From: Peribolospora baueri
Taxonomy: Eukaryota
Direction: 5' to 3'
NCBI GenBank assembly: GCA_029717555.1
Contig: JAMDHS010000002.1
Location: 62,001-126,000, forward strand
DNA length: 64,000 nt
The position numbers and the translations under genes were made by a program. Within the stretch, counting starts at the first letter, position 1. Each line of letters starts with the position of its first letter. Positions 25,965 to 38,454 of this stretch are shown here, piece by piece. The notes beneath the pieces were generated by a model. It was not told the origin of the DNA. It did no database searches and saw only the letters and a program-made list of their open reading frames with translations.

Positions 25965-27221
25965 ATGGTGAGTTCGCTGAACGGCCTCGCCATTTGCACG
26001 TCGGATTTGACCGAGTCGGACGACTGCCAAGCTGATCCGATCCGTACATAACCGTCTCTCTGCACCCGTAAATGCTCTCTGGCCGCGTCTCCTACCGTTT
26101 CTGCTCGTGTAGTCCCGCCTCGAGCTCCTCAACGACGGCGGCTACCGCTCCGACGGTCGACGACAGTACGAGCTTCGAGCTTTTGACGTTCGACTGGGCG
26201 GCGGAGGCGGAGGCGTAGCTGCAGGAGGCGCGGACGGCTCGGCGACGGTATCGCACGGCCTCACTACAGTGTTGGTTTCAGTGTACGGGCCTCGGGAGGC
26301 GAGGCTGGGAAGGTCACATACGTCGCATGAGCGCGCGGTGTTGAATGTGGAGGTATCGGTGGCACCGTTCAGTACGATGGAGAGGAGGGAGAGGGGAAGG
26401 GGGGATAAGTGCGTACACGCTCTTCTTTGCGATTTCACTGCTATTCTCCACTCTTCTACTGATTTTCCTCGGCTTTTGTTAATTTTTCCTTCGCTGTTCT
26501 TTTGCTTCTCAGGCTTTTGACAGAGTTTGCAGCGGCGGTAAAGGCCACCTTCGAACCTGTCATTCAAACACGTTTGTACCCTCGCTCGCAGATTGACATT
26601 TTTGTTCAGGTCTTGCAGCAAGACGGAGGTGAGTCGAGTGGACGGTGGGACGGGGAGAGGCTTTTACACCCGCTGTGTTTGTTGGTGAAGTTACAGCCGA
26701 CCTAGATGCCTGCCTTCCATTTCAAGCTGAATCATTGTTGGGTGTCCAGTGCTTACTCGTCTACATATTCTGTTCAATCCTTGCGCGCCTTTGCAGGCGT
26801 CCTCCAAGCAGCTATCAACGCCGCTACGCTTGCGCTCATCGACGCTGGCATCCCTCTTCGGGACTATGTTTGCGCCTGCACCTCAGCCTGTCTAGACACA
26901 CACTCCCTCCTAGACCTCAACGGGGCGGAAGAGTCCGATCTCCCCCACCTCACGCTCGCGGTTCTGCCTCGCTCAGGAAAAGTGACGCTCGTGACGATGG
27001 AGACGAGGCTACACATCGATCGCTTCGAGGAGATCTTCAACCTCGCCATTCAGGCTGGCCGTGGCGTCTTGCACAAGGAGATGGATAGGGCCGTTAGGGC
27101 TTCGATGGACAAGCTTTTGCACGCCAGGACGGGCGGTGCGGCAGCGTTGGGTGGAGAGGCGAAGACGACGACTGAAAAGGGTGCTGTCGAGACGGAGGAT
27201 TTGGACATGGCAGATGTGTGA
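25965..27221 (+). CDS. RRP41: Exosome complex RNase PH-like subunit Rrp41/Ski6, multi-exon
   Basis: ATG|intron|SRLELLNDGGYRSDGRRQYELR, ADGSA...HGLT.VLVSVYGPRE, LYPRSQIDIFVQVLQQDG, AAINAATLALIDAGIP, LLDLNGAEE. Confidence 0.95.
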
Positions 27222-27441
27222 CTGTCCCTGCTCGCAGTGGATTGCAGTCGCCTGTACACTAGCTTCTTCAAGGGGCATCGATCCCCGGTCTCCCCCAAAA
27301 AAAGCCTTCATGAGGGTGCGTAGGGTCGGAAAGGCACCGTCCGGGATGAGACCAAGGCGAGCTGGGCGACCTACTCTTGTTCGAAAAGCATCACACCTCC
27401 CCGACCTTCCGGACGGCCAGAGATGATTGTCTCTATTCTCC

Positions 27442-30400
27442 CTATCCTGTCTCCGGCGCCTGCCTTGTATCTTCCGTCGATCGTTGTTGCGGCTGCACGT
27501 CTTCGACGACCTTGCAGACCTCGACGTCGACGCCGGCGCCGAGTAAAACGTCTATCCACACCTGCGTTCAGACGGGTCAAACAGTTCAACTGCAGTGTGG
27601 AAGCAAAGATAGATCCTGGTGTCGGGGATGCGATTGCAGACAGACAACTGTACTAACTCACCCTTTGCGCATCCGAAAGTCGGTCGCCTGGACCCTTGAC
27701 CTCAACGAACCTACACGATTTGTCTTCGTACCTCCATAAGCTGCGGAGGACAGACCAACGAAGGAACATCACTGCCGTTAATGAACCAGAGTGGCCCTGG
27801 CGGAAGCATGGCGCTGCAGGCGAAAGATGGAACTAGCTAGCTCACCACAAGTCAGGCATGCCACTGCCCCGCTGCCCATACTCTTCGCACAGCATCTGGC
27901 AGATGATCGCGAGCGCCCTACCGCCAAGGCACTGTGTATCATCATGCACAAAAATTAAAAGTTAAAATAAATGGTAGGCCATGCGCAAAGGATGCGATCC
28001 CGACGACAAACGTCAAAAGTGACGGTCATCGGACAACCCGTCGGTCCTGCACGCAGAGGTGTCGAAACCTCGCTATCGCTTGCACTCACTTCCGTAATCT
28101 CGGCCAGGTCCTGTCTCTCGTACTTCCAGTCGACGCCCACCGCCCACGTGGCGTACTTCCTCTCGCGCTCGTCCGTGACGCGAACTAGCTCCGGCGCTCT
28201 CCCCTGCCGAATCTCCTCGAGCCTCGCCCGAATGAGGGGCGCCCTGGCAATGCTGAACGCATCGGTGCCGAGATCGAGAGGAGCGCGCTGATACGGCGTC
28301 TCGAAGGCACCCGGCACGGGATAGAAGAGGATGTCCCAAAAGATGAGAGTGAAGAGAGTGCTCAGGATGCCGTTTTCCGAGTGGAAACTGGTGATCGTAC
28401 AGTCGAGAGCGCAACGGTTTTTTAGATGATCGTGAAGCGCAATGATTTTCCCTGCTCGTCGTTCTCGACCGTTCACCGATGGACGTGGTGCTCACCCTTT
28501 GTAACCTTCATCCTCGTAGGACTGAAGAGCGATTGTCTCGACGTTGCATATCTCGCCGTCACGACCCCGCCACATGCTTTTTCCGCCGGCTTTCCGCCCA
28601 TCGAGAGCAGGAGGACCTTGTTCCCGTCCCAAAGTCAACTGACCAGTGGCCTTGGAAAGAGTGGGCGCGCATGAAGCAGGCTTCTTCGGGTTGATGGAGG
28701 GCGAGCGGCTGATCTCGCTTGAGATCCTTCGCTTGTTGGACGAGTATGCACCAGGGTCCGATCGTGAACGACCAGCACCTACAGATGACATGATCGACGT
28801 AGCGGAAAGCGCCCGTCTGGCAACAACTGTACGCTCTCGACATGCCTTGAGCTGGACATAAATGAAATCGTGCTGTTCCGAGCGTGGGATGCGCAGCTCG
28901 CGTTCGAGACGGGCGATGCGACGCTGCAGCGAGGACTGATAAACCAAGTGGGTGTCTGGATCCTCCACCGCGCGGATACATACTTCCAACGCCTCGTGCT
29001 TTCCCTTTGATTTGTGCTGGTCGCCGTACGTGGAAAGCACCAAGGCTAGTCGGTCGTACCACGCTCTGAAGGAAGGGCACCACAACCAGGGTCAGCATAT
29101 GCGATCAAGCACAAGCCAAACCGGAGAATTGACTCACCCGCGCTTGCCTCGTCTAAAAGCAGTCTGCTCCAACAGTGCCCTGAGCACTTTCTTCTCTCGC
29201 TCATACTCCCTTAGTCGGCCAAGGACATGAGCGCCCTTGTAGACGACTCGGGTGAGAATATGACCCGGATGGTATCGATGCCAGCAATATCGAGCCACTC
29301 CCTTTGACATGATCGTCCCAGTAACCTTAGGGGAATTTTCGCCGTCCATTTTCTCGCTGACGAATAACAACCACTCAGGCCAAGCGATCTCGAAAATCCC
29401 TTTGGCCGCTTGAAGCGAGGTCCGCGTACGCTCCTCAATCAGGGGTATCATTTGCGCTTCGAGGTCGAGAGCGCGTTCGTAAGCGAGCAGATGATCGCGG
29501 GAGGGAAAGAGGTCGGATGAGCGGTCGTGGACGTAAGAGGGGTAACGTCGACGGTGGCATCGTGCCAGCACAGCTGTCGTCAGGGGCTTCTCGTCTGGTG
29601 CGATGCTGAAGGCACACAAAAGCGTCACCTGGTAAGTGGGTTTGCTCAGCGCGAATCTAAGTCACTTGACGTGAATTGCCTACCTCCGGTAGTACACCAT
29701 GGCGACCCTCTCGAAAAGCTTGCAAACGTCGTCGTTCAACCGGATCAGCCGCATGCCGAGACACCTGCCCACTTCTCGGGCGAGGAAGGAGTGAAACTGG
29801 GTCCCCTTCTTTCCCCAGGCGTCGAAGGTAAGCGAGATCTCTCCGGTCTTGGCGCAGGCGAAAAGTGTTGATTGGGAGAATGAGGACGACAGAAGTCCTT
29901 GGATGATAGCCGCGCGCTGCGAGCGAGGAACAACGACCCAAGCAGACAGACATAACAAGACTCTTAGCCAAAACGTGGAAAGGAAATATCGTTATGCTCC
30001 TGCTCACCGTAGTAGCAACCTTCATCTTCATCCTTTTCCCCAAGATCTTGAGCTCATCCAGACTGAGCATACCCAACGCCTCCTCGATCCCAGCCTTTCC
30101 GGTGTCGCTCAGTAAAGCCGCCTCCGTCTCGGCAAAGAAGCTAAGGTTGCCTCCTTGACTGTCTGACACAGACACCTTGTTGCTATCGACCGAAGTTGGC
30201 GAGAAAGGGGGGGCATTCTCCTTGGATCCCGGCGATGTTGGCGAGCGCAGAGGAGAAACAGCTCTCGCCTTGCCCTTGTCTCGCATAAATGTGCAGACGT
30301 CTTGAGATTCGGAGCCATACCAGGAGGGAAAGTGATGGGAGAAACCCATACACAGTCCGTCGACGGCTCTCCGCATCTCGGCGACGTCGCGATCGTACGA

Positions 30401-30917
30401 CAGTCGGTCTAGTCGATGCCAGCCACGTTTGCGTGAGAACAGGCGGACGAACAGGTAACGAGGTTCGTCTGGCGGCGAGGAAAGAAAGACCGTGAGTGCA
30501 ATCAGCAAGATGCTTTCTCACATCGGATACTGCAGACATGAGCTGGAAAAGGTTAAAAAGCGCACAGTCCATGGACAGAAACGCCTCGAAGACGCGCATC
30601 TCTTTTTGCGTGAAGAGGTAGGCCTCTTTGTCGAGCACGGTGGTAAGCATCTCTTGAAAGATCTCGACGTACATGCTTTCCCTCCTCGCGCGTTCCTCCC
30701 GGTCACGACCCCACCCTGCTTTTTCCATCTCTTCCAAACTTGCGTCGAGAGGATCGTAATCATCCCCGTTACACACTGCAGTCGCCGTCCCCACGTTCGA
30801 TGGACCAGGAACACAAGGGGTTGAGCTACGCCAATGAGGTGAAATTGAGGGATGGTCGAGCCGTTGCCGCTTTCTAGTCGGCTGGACTGATAAAGCTGGA
30901 GGGGACATCAAGTCCAT
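27442..30917 (-). CDS. FAN1: Fanconi-associated nuclease 1 (VRR-NUC), multi-exon
   Basis: RYLFVRLFSRKRGW, GKRG-AWYDRLAL, HSENGILSTLFTLIFWDILF..VPGAFETPYQRAPLDL, SGMPDL, RFVEVKGPGDRLSDAQ.VW (PD-(D/E)xK nuclease motif). Confidence 0.94.
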
Positions 30918-32629
30918 CGTGGAGGTGTGATGATGATGCTTCAGGTGACGTTCCAGCGATGTTGTCCGTGCGACACCAGTCGCTGCGGCAGCGGACGATG
31001 ACCAGACGGTGTCGTTACCCGTGGACGGCCGGCGACGGCTACCGCAGTTGCCCTACCGCAGTATACCCTTCCCACCGTTACCTCTCTTTATAGCCCCTTT
31101 AGGTCGTTCACGGCCTGTATATACGGACTCTTAAGCGGATTAATCCATCCATTCATCCATCCTTCGTTTTTTTTTTTTTCCACCAGACCCTCACCATAAG
31201 CTCTGTGTCGTCTTTTCCCTCATTCGACTTCCCTGACGCTCCTTTCGGACGCCGCCCAAGGCCTCCTCGCTTGCCCTCCCCGGGCCCCGCCCCGAGGCGG
31301 TCGCTACGACGGGCCAGGTCACGCAATTTGCCGCGTGGTCACGCGAATCAAGAAGCGACCACCCCCAGCCCGACGCCTCTCACTGCTAGCGTCCCCCCCC
31401 CAGCCCCCCTCAACGAGGATCCGACTTATAGCCAACGACCCCGACAGCATGAGCTCGTTGATCCTTGTTCAACATTGATGCCAAGATCCCAGCGCCGCCG
31501 GCCAGGTCGGGCTGTATGAATGCATGTGTACGTCTGTGTCTGCACAGCAATGACATGCTCGCTTTTACTTGCAGCGTCCTCAACATCTGCTCACCGTGCA
31601 AGAGTTTTACTACCTGTTGGAAGATAGCGTATTGTTTATCGGACGTGTCTCGGGATGTGTCACGTGTCCATTGCTGGATGGGGAGCATCTCGCCCGACTG
31701 AAGTCATGAATCAACATCTCTCCTTCTCACGACCAACTCTTCCATATCATGGTGCTGGAATGCTGCATTGTTAACCGTTGGTGCGGAGAACGCAGTCAGG
31801 CTGGTAGAACAGTTGACATCGATCCCTCGGACAGCGGCTTAATCCTATTGAACGGAACGACGGGTCGCTCAAAGCTTTATGTTCGTCTCGTCGTAGCTCT
31901 GTTCGATTAATGTGCCCAGGTCGGGAGGCGAGAGAGAGGCAAGTATCAACGACGGAGTTCGATGATCGGAGCATTTGCGACCAATCGGATATTAAACTGA
32001 AATGAAAAAAGGCTTGCCAGACTCACCGATAGTTGTAGCTTGACAGGTGCGCGCGGCTTATGCGAAACCTTTCGCCACAAGACGACGTAGTTAGCAAGCA
32101 CACCCCCAACGGCCAGGAGGCATGTCGTCCTTACATCGACTTCGTCGGATCGGACTCTTTCGCATCCTGCAACACTCACAGGTCCGCGATAAATACGTTC
32201 ACTGGTCCGTGCCTCACATAGTCCCACCATGCGCACGAGCTCCGCCTCGTCGAACCTCATCACCAAGCTCTTTCCGTACTGCTCGACCTCCCCCTCGTTG
32301 CCGCCTCCGCCGCGCCTCCCACATGCCAACTCGGGGGCACACCTTGAACTGTCATACCACCACGACGAGCGTGCAGTATGCGCGAGCAGCCACCGCGGCC
32401 GGCAAGGAGCCTGGCTCGAGTCTGGCACCAGCAGCGTCCAAGCAGCCGTGCGGTTTTTTTCACGGCCGCTTTGAAGAAACTCTCCTCGGAACTCCGCCCG
32501 CAGAGGGTGAGGATGATCTACACGTCGAAAAAGGAGCGATTCGTCATGTAAGATACATATGTTCAAGACGGTTCGGGAAAAGGATTCAAGACCGGTTGGC
32601 ATCAGTCTCCCACTTCCACCTCACCCTCT

Positions 32630-35526
32630 CTAGGCGATGCGTGGCTTCTTGCTCAACGCGTTTTGACCGTTACCATCAGATGGCGGCCGCTGGAGGGCTG
32701 GCCGTTTGTTATTGCTGGACCTGAGAAAGAGTGTGGAGAGTTTGCGTCAGCGGAATCGTCCCATCCACCTTCCCACCGCCTAGCGAGTATGCGGCCGGCC
32801 TTCAAGACCGATACGAACTGAGTACCGAAGACGAAGAAGCTCACCACAAGAAGAAATTGCACCTGTAATCCGAGTTGACGTCCTCCCTTGCCATCTTGCT
32901 CCTACCCCGGTCATACCCTGGCCCGACAGGCCTACTGCAGAGCCAAAAGTGGCGACCTTTGTTTGGACCCGGTTTGTTCACCGTGTACTCCTTCGCTGGC
33001 TCGTTGTGCACCTCGCACCGCGGCACGGGAGGCCGGGAGAAGAGCGCTTGCCAGCCATGGCTTGGCTCAGCGGACGAGCCGTTGCGAGACGGGTGAGAGG
33101 AGGAGGAAGAAGGGGATGGAAGGGGCTCTGCTTCCGCCTCGGCGAGAGAGAGCGTGTATTCGTAGTCGGACATGGTGGAAGACGGACACAGGAGGATGGA
33201 ACCTTTATGAAACGACGGCCGTCGCGCGTCGTCCTCGCATGTCGACTTGAGATCTGTTGACTTCCGATGAGTAGAAGGGCTGCTCCTTTTCGGGGCAGCA
33301 AAGAAGCTCGACAGCTTCATCTGACCTCCTCCTCCGCCGCCGCCACCAGTGTTTTTCACCTTGCCTTTGCACTTCTTGTTTTCCTCCGATTTCGTCGTCG
33401 TCGACGCGTGCGTGACCACCTTTCTCGCAATCGATGAAACGGATGAGGATGACGTCAGAGACGGTGACGCGGGGCGAGATGACGTCCCTGGGTGAGAAGA
33501 GGCCGATTTGCTGACGGGACGCGACGAAGACGAAGGCGTAGGCGGCGAAAGCGCGTTGGCGATGCTCTCCAACTTGGACATTCTCGGCACTGTTTGGCGG
33601 CTTCCGTAATCCCCAACGATGCCGTGAACCTCTTTTTCGCTGCTCGGTTCGATACTTCCTCCGTTCGCCCCGCGATCACCGTCGCTTTCTTCTGTGTCCG
33701 TATACAGCGCACACGCCCCTTCCGTCGCCTCGAAGAGGGCGGTTGCGAGCAGTGGCCCATCGCCCTCGGCCTTGTCCTTTTCTCCGTCGGCCACATCTGC
33801 TGCTGACGAGCGGAGGTTGTCCTCTTTTCCGGCACTCGAACCTGCGGCAGCATCGGTGGAGCCCGCCGACTGGGGCGCGGAGCCGGACAGCACCATCGCC
33901 GACGCCGGATCACCCCTTGCACCCGCTGCCGAGCTGGAGCGAGCGACAACCTTCTTGCCAAAGAAGCTGCTGAGGAGCTTCTGCTTGGACGAAAACTCGT
34001 CCCACCAGCATGCTGCGAAGCGCGGTGGCGGCACGTCGTCCGCCTTTGTCGTGATTTCTCGTCTCACCGTCCCGGTCTCGCCGTCGGGGTTGGCGCGCTC
34101 CTTAACGGGGTCTCCTTCTCCTCTGCGAAGAGGATCTTCGGAGACGTCGAACGCGTACCGACTCCGGCTTGGAGGGTTTATCTCGTCCCATAGTTTGACC
34201 TTTCCGCGGCCTTCGACGACAATCTCGTCGTGCAGGTCGAGGTAGACGGGACAGTGGTCCGAGCCGTACAATTCTGGTTGGATGTCCGAGTGGCGCACCC
34301 AGGGCAGCAGGCCGGGAGTAACGAGGATGTAGTCCAGTCGGGTGCCATAATTGGAGGGACTGCGTGCAAGTGGGAGGGGGTAAGAGCGATAGAGTTCGTA
34401 AAGAAGAGAAAACTTGATCAGGAAAGAGAAGAATCCCATCTCGTGCCGCGATAGGGTACTCACCGGGCATCCGTCTTCATATCCCAGCAGGTAAACATGC
34501 CCCTCCTGTCGGGGTTACATTTCCTCGTCGTGTCGACCAGCGGGCCTTGCGGCCCGACCCATTCCTTGAACCACGTCCTGGCGGGGTGATCCATAAAGTC
34601 GTCCAAGCCGTGATCCTTCTTCCTCCTCTCCGGATCGGCGTGATCGATAGGAGCGCTCACGATGTTCACGTCGCCGACCACAATGACGTCCCTTCCGGCG
34701 TCGATGAGCGCCTTAACACGCGCCTCAAGGAGCGCGTTGAACTCGAGCTTGAAGGGCAGGCGCTCCTCGGACGTCTCGGCGGGGCAGTATACGTTGATGA
34801 GAACAAAGAGACGGAAGTCAAGCACAACGGCTCGTCCTTCAAGGTCGATTGCACGGCAGGAGGATGGGGAGACGGGGAAGTCGTCGGAATATATGGCGGG
34901 GTAGTGGCCCACACGGTCCTCCGTCGACGAAGCTGGGCTTGAGCTGGACCGAGCACGAGAGGAAGAGAAGGAAGCAGCGGCGGCTTCTTCAGAGAAAAGA
35001 ATGCCGCTGAGCCCTTCCTCAGCCTTGATCGGCACGGTGGAGAGCTTCTTGGTGTACACCACCGTCCCGGAGTAGCCGCGGGTCGCGTTGGGATTGGGGC
35101 GGTAGAAGGAGAAAAAGGCGTCATACTTGTCCATGATGGCCATCGATCGCTCAAGCTTCTTGCGAGTGATCTTGTGCTCTGAAAGCGGTGCCAACGGGAG
35201 CCAGCTGTAGACGTGCTTTGATGGTGAGACGGAGAGTGAGAGGAGCGGAGAAGACGCACCCTGGAAGCAGTAGATGTCGGCGCCCATCTCGTCGAGCATG
35301 GCCTGATGGGAGCCGAGTCCGTACCATCTGAGCAAAGAAGGGAGAGTTGAGTGCAGGATGCAAGGGGAACGTCGTTGTACGCAGGGATTTGGGCTCACGG
35401 ATGATGCTTGACCACCGTGCTGATGCCGTTCTGTCGAGAAAGCAGGGGCGTAAACATGAGCACGGCTGTAGTCGCTCACCGGATCGTTTCCGGGAACCTC
35501 ACGATATTCCATGTCACAATCCTCAT
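32630..35526 (-). CDS. APN2: AP endonuclease 2 (ExoIII/EEP family) with PIP boxes and C-terminal GRF zinc finger, multi-exon
   Basis: MRIVTWNI|NG, DIYCFQE, GYSG, EGR, NVYCP, GDVN, FTCW, NYGTRLDYIL, GSDHCPV, and CEVHNEPA...VNKPGPNKGRHFWLCSRP...CNFFLW. Confidence 0.96.
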
Positions 35527-36142
35527 CTGCGTATCGCCCGCCTAGCAAACACGAGCATGAAACAATGCGTTCTGGTGGAGGGCAGGTTGAAGCGAGGGGG
35601 AAGGATGTAGTGCTGATGGTGTCGTCGGTGACGAGACGGGTCGATCAAAGCGGCCGATCGTGCGCGCCGATTGGCTCGCCGCACAGACCACCTTGGTCCA
35701 CCTTGGTCCACCTTGGACATGTCCGGCCAGCAAGCAGGTCCAGTCTCACTCGACATGCATATCCACTTGAACGACGTCCGTAAAGAGTAAGCAGGCGAGA
35801 GAGCTGAGAGGACGTCCGTATACGCTATGGGCAGATGCGCATGCGCCGCGCGTCTCGTTGAGGTTTTCGCGTGGGCGATCTAATCTTCCAGCTCACCGAC
35901 TCTTGATCAGCGATCGCGGCTTCCCGTAGTCGGACGACGACTGACGTCAACTAGGGAGATCGCACCCTCCACTCTTACCACTATCCTCAATGTGGCTAGG
36001 GTAGGATGAGTGGATTTAAGCAAGCGTGCCAGACCCAGAACATCTGTCACAGCGCCCGCCAGTTTGCTACGCCGGCCGCCTCCGAGATCCTCCGTTGTCT
36101 GTGAAAGAACCTCACTCTCTCATACCCCTCTCTTCCTCTGCC

Positions 36143-37902
36143 ATGTCCTGCACCCTTCTCCGCCCCTTCCGCACCGCCGTCGCCGCCACTCAACGCAGTC
36201 CAGTCGTCTCATCCCCCTCTTCCTTGTCTGTGGCCGCTCGCGCACCTGTCCTCGGCTCGCGGTCGGTCGCGTCCAGGACGGGTCCGCATGCGGCGTTCCC
36301 CTTCCTCCCCGTCAACGCGCTGGAGCAGAAGCCCCGTAAGGTCGGCTTGACCGAGATCAGGGCCGCTTACTACGCCCCTTTTGGGCCCAGGTACTTTCAA
36401 GATATACTTGAGACGTGAGTGGTTGTGCGCCTCTTTCTTCCTTTCGACATGAGTGGAAGGACGGTCGGCTGGTCACGACTCACCGGCGATGGCCACATCG
36501 CAAAAAACGGTCCGGTCAAGCAGCTTCGGCGAGTACGTCGACGGTATTAAGTACGCCGGCGGCTCCTTTACCCTTCACGAGAAAGAGTCGCTAAAGAAAA
36601 TGATCAACCTCGCCCACGACAACGGCGTGTGTGAGTCGGAGCGTCGTATTGTAGCTCTGATTGGGGGCGAGCACGAGCTCGTGAAGCCGCTCGAATAGAC
36701 CGGATCGTTGACGTTGGATCATTACTTCTATTTGCTCTCGTTCACTTCTCTCACTTGCTCGTTTTTGCGCAAGACGTGTCCACCGGCGGCTTCATCGAGC
36801 GCGTTCTTTCCTGCTCCGCCGGCGATTTTGAGCTCGTGAACAAATACCTCAAAACGTGCAAGGAGCTTGGGTAAGTTCACCTGGGCGTCCTACGAGGCAG
36901 AAGGGTACACAAAGAGGAATTGCGTTTGAGCTCATGCTTTTAACCTTGCCGATACCTTGGCGACTGCTTCGTGAACGGACGCTCAGGTTCGACGTTCTGG
37001 AGGTGAGCAACAATCGGGTTTCGCCTCGAAAAAGCATCGTAGTTCTCTTCCTTCATCTCTTACGCTCGCCTGACCGCCTGACCCTCATTTTCCTGTTTCT
37101 CCAGATTTCCTCCGGTTTCCTTTCCATACCCACCGAAGACTGGGCAAACCTTGTAGAGCTAGCCGCCTCACACGGCCTCAAGCCAAAGCCCGAGATCGGC
37201 ATCCAGTTCGGAGCAGGAGGAGACACGGCCACGGCCGAGCTGGAGAGCATGGGCACGCGAGACCCTGCTTGGCTCGTCACCCGTGCTAACGTTTTGCTTG
37301 ACGCGGGCGCTGACAGGATCATGATCGAGTCGGAGGGAATCACTGAAAATGTCAAGACTTGGCGCACCGGTACGTTTCGTCGCACGCGCTTCCTCCCTCG
37401 AGCCTCTCGTGTCATGAACGTGTGTGCGAACCGTCCCCTGCCTTTTCTACGGGCTCTCTGGCTTGACGCCTCTAGATGTCATCAGCAAGATCACGGAGAG
37501 CCTTCCCATGGATAAGGTCATGTTTGAAGCGGCCGATCCCGGTGAGCGTCTCTATTTGCTTTTGTGCGCGCCGGCGAATGATCCTTCTTGGCGGCGCTCT
37601 CACCTTTTTCTTTCGTCCTCTCACACACAGCCGTGTTCCAATACTATATTCAGGTGAGACGAGTCTTTCAGTGCCGTGGTATCCTCCTGCTCACTGTTAC
37701 ACGGTTCGTTCAATGACCAACTCGTTGTTTGCTCCCTTCCTTCCTCCCTGTCCAGAACTTCGGAGTCAACGTGAACCTCTCCATCGACCACAGCCAGATC
37801 GTCCAGCTAGCCTGTCTCCGTCGAGGCATCTGGGGCACGCAACAGACCTTTGGAGGCCGCATCGTCTCCTTCCCTTTCTCTCCCTCTTCTCCTCCTTCCT
37901 AA
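36143..37902 (+). CDS. Phosphosulfolactate synthase (ComA)/HSA32-like TIM-barrel protein with probable mitochondrial presequence, multi-exon
   Basis: KPRKVGLTEIR..YY, YVDGIKYAGGS, VSTGGFIE, GFDVLEISSGF, KPEIG, IMIESEGITE, MFEAADP, FGVNVNL.IDH..IVQLACLRRGIWG. Confidence 0.9.
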
Positions 37903-38454
37903 ATGCCATTATATTTATTTTCTTCCTTGAGAAAGACCCCCTCTCTGTGACCATTCGAGCGCGCCGTCTCTCTCATACCTGCATACGTACGTCCAATTAG
38001 TGTGCGCAACAAGGTCCGACCGCATAAGGCCTCTTCTCTACTCGGCGAGAATACCATGATGGTGTGTTGTCAGCGAGTTGAACGAATTGGCCCATCACCC
38101 ATGTGCAAGACATTCTTCTTTTCTAAGGCTTCGCCCCTAGAGTGTGACTGGGTGAGAACGTCCGTCTCAAGTTCATAAAGGTGTGAAGGGGAATGGCTCT
38201 GGACAGCAGGGAACAGGTGGCTTTGGATAGGAGCCCTCAAAGCCCAAGAATTTTCCACCCGCGCGTTACGGCGTATCCGGCGCGTCGTCGCCGAGACCGT
38301 GTAAATTGACGATCATCGGCAGCTACCCGACTTGTTTCCAGCTTCCCACTTACTTACCACACTTCCTTCTTCCATCCCCTACATACAAAGGCCGGCAGGC
38401 CCACACGCACGCACGCACGTGTGCACGACCGGGGCAACTAACCAATCCACAGCG

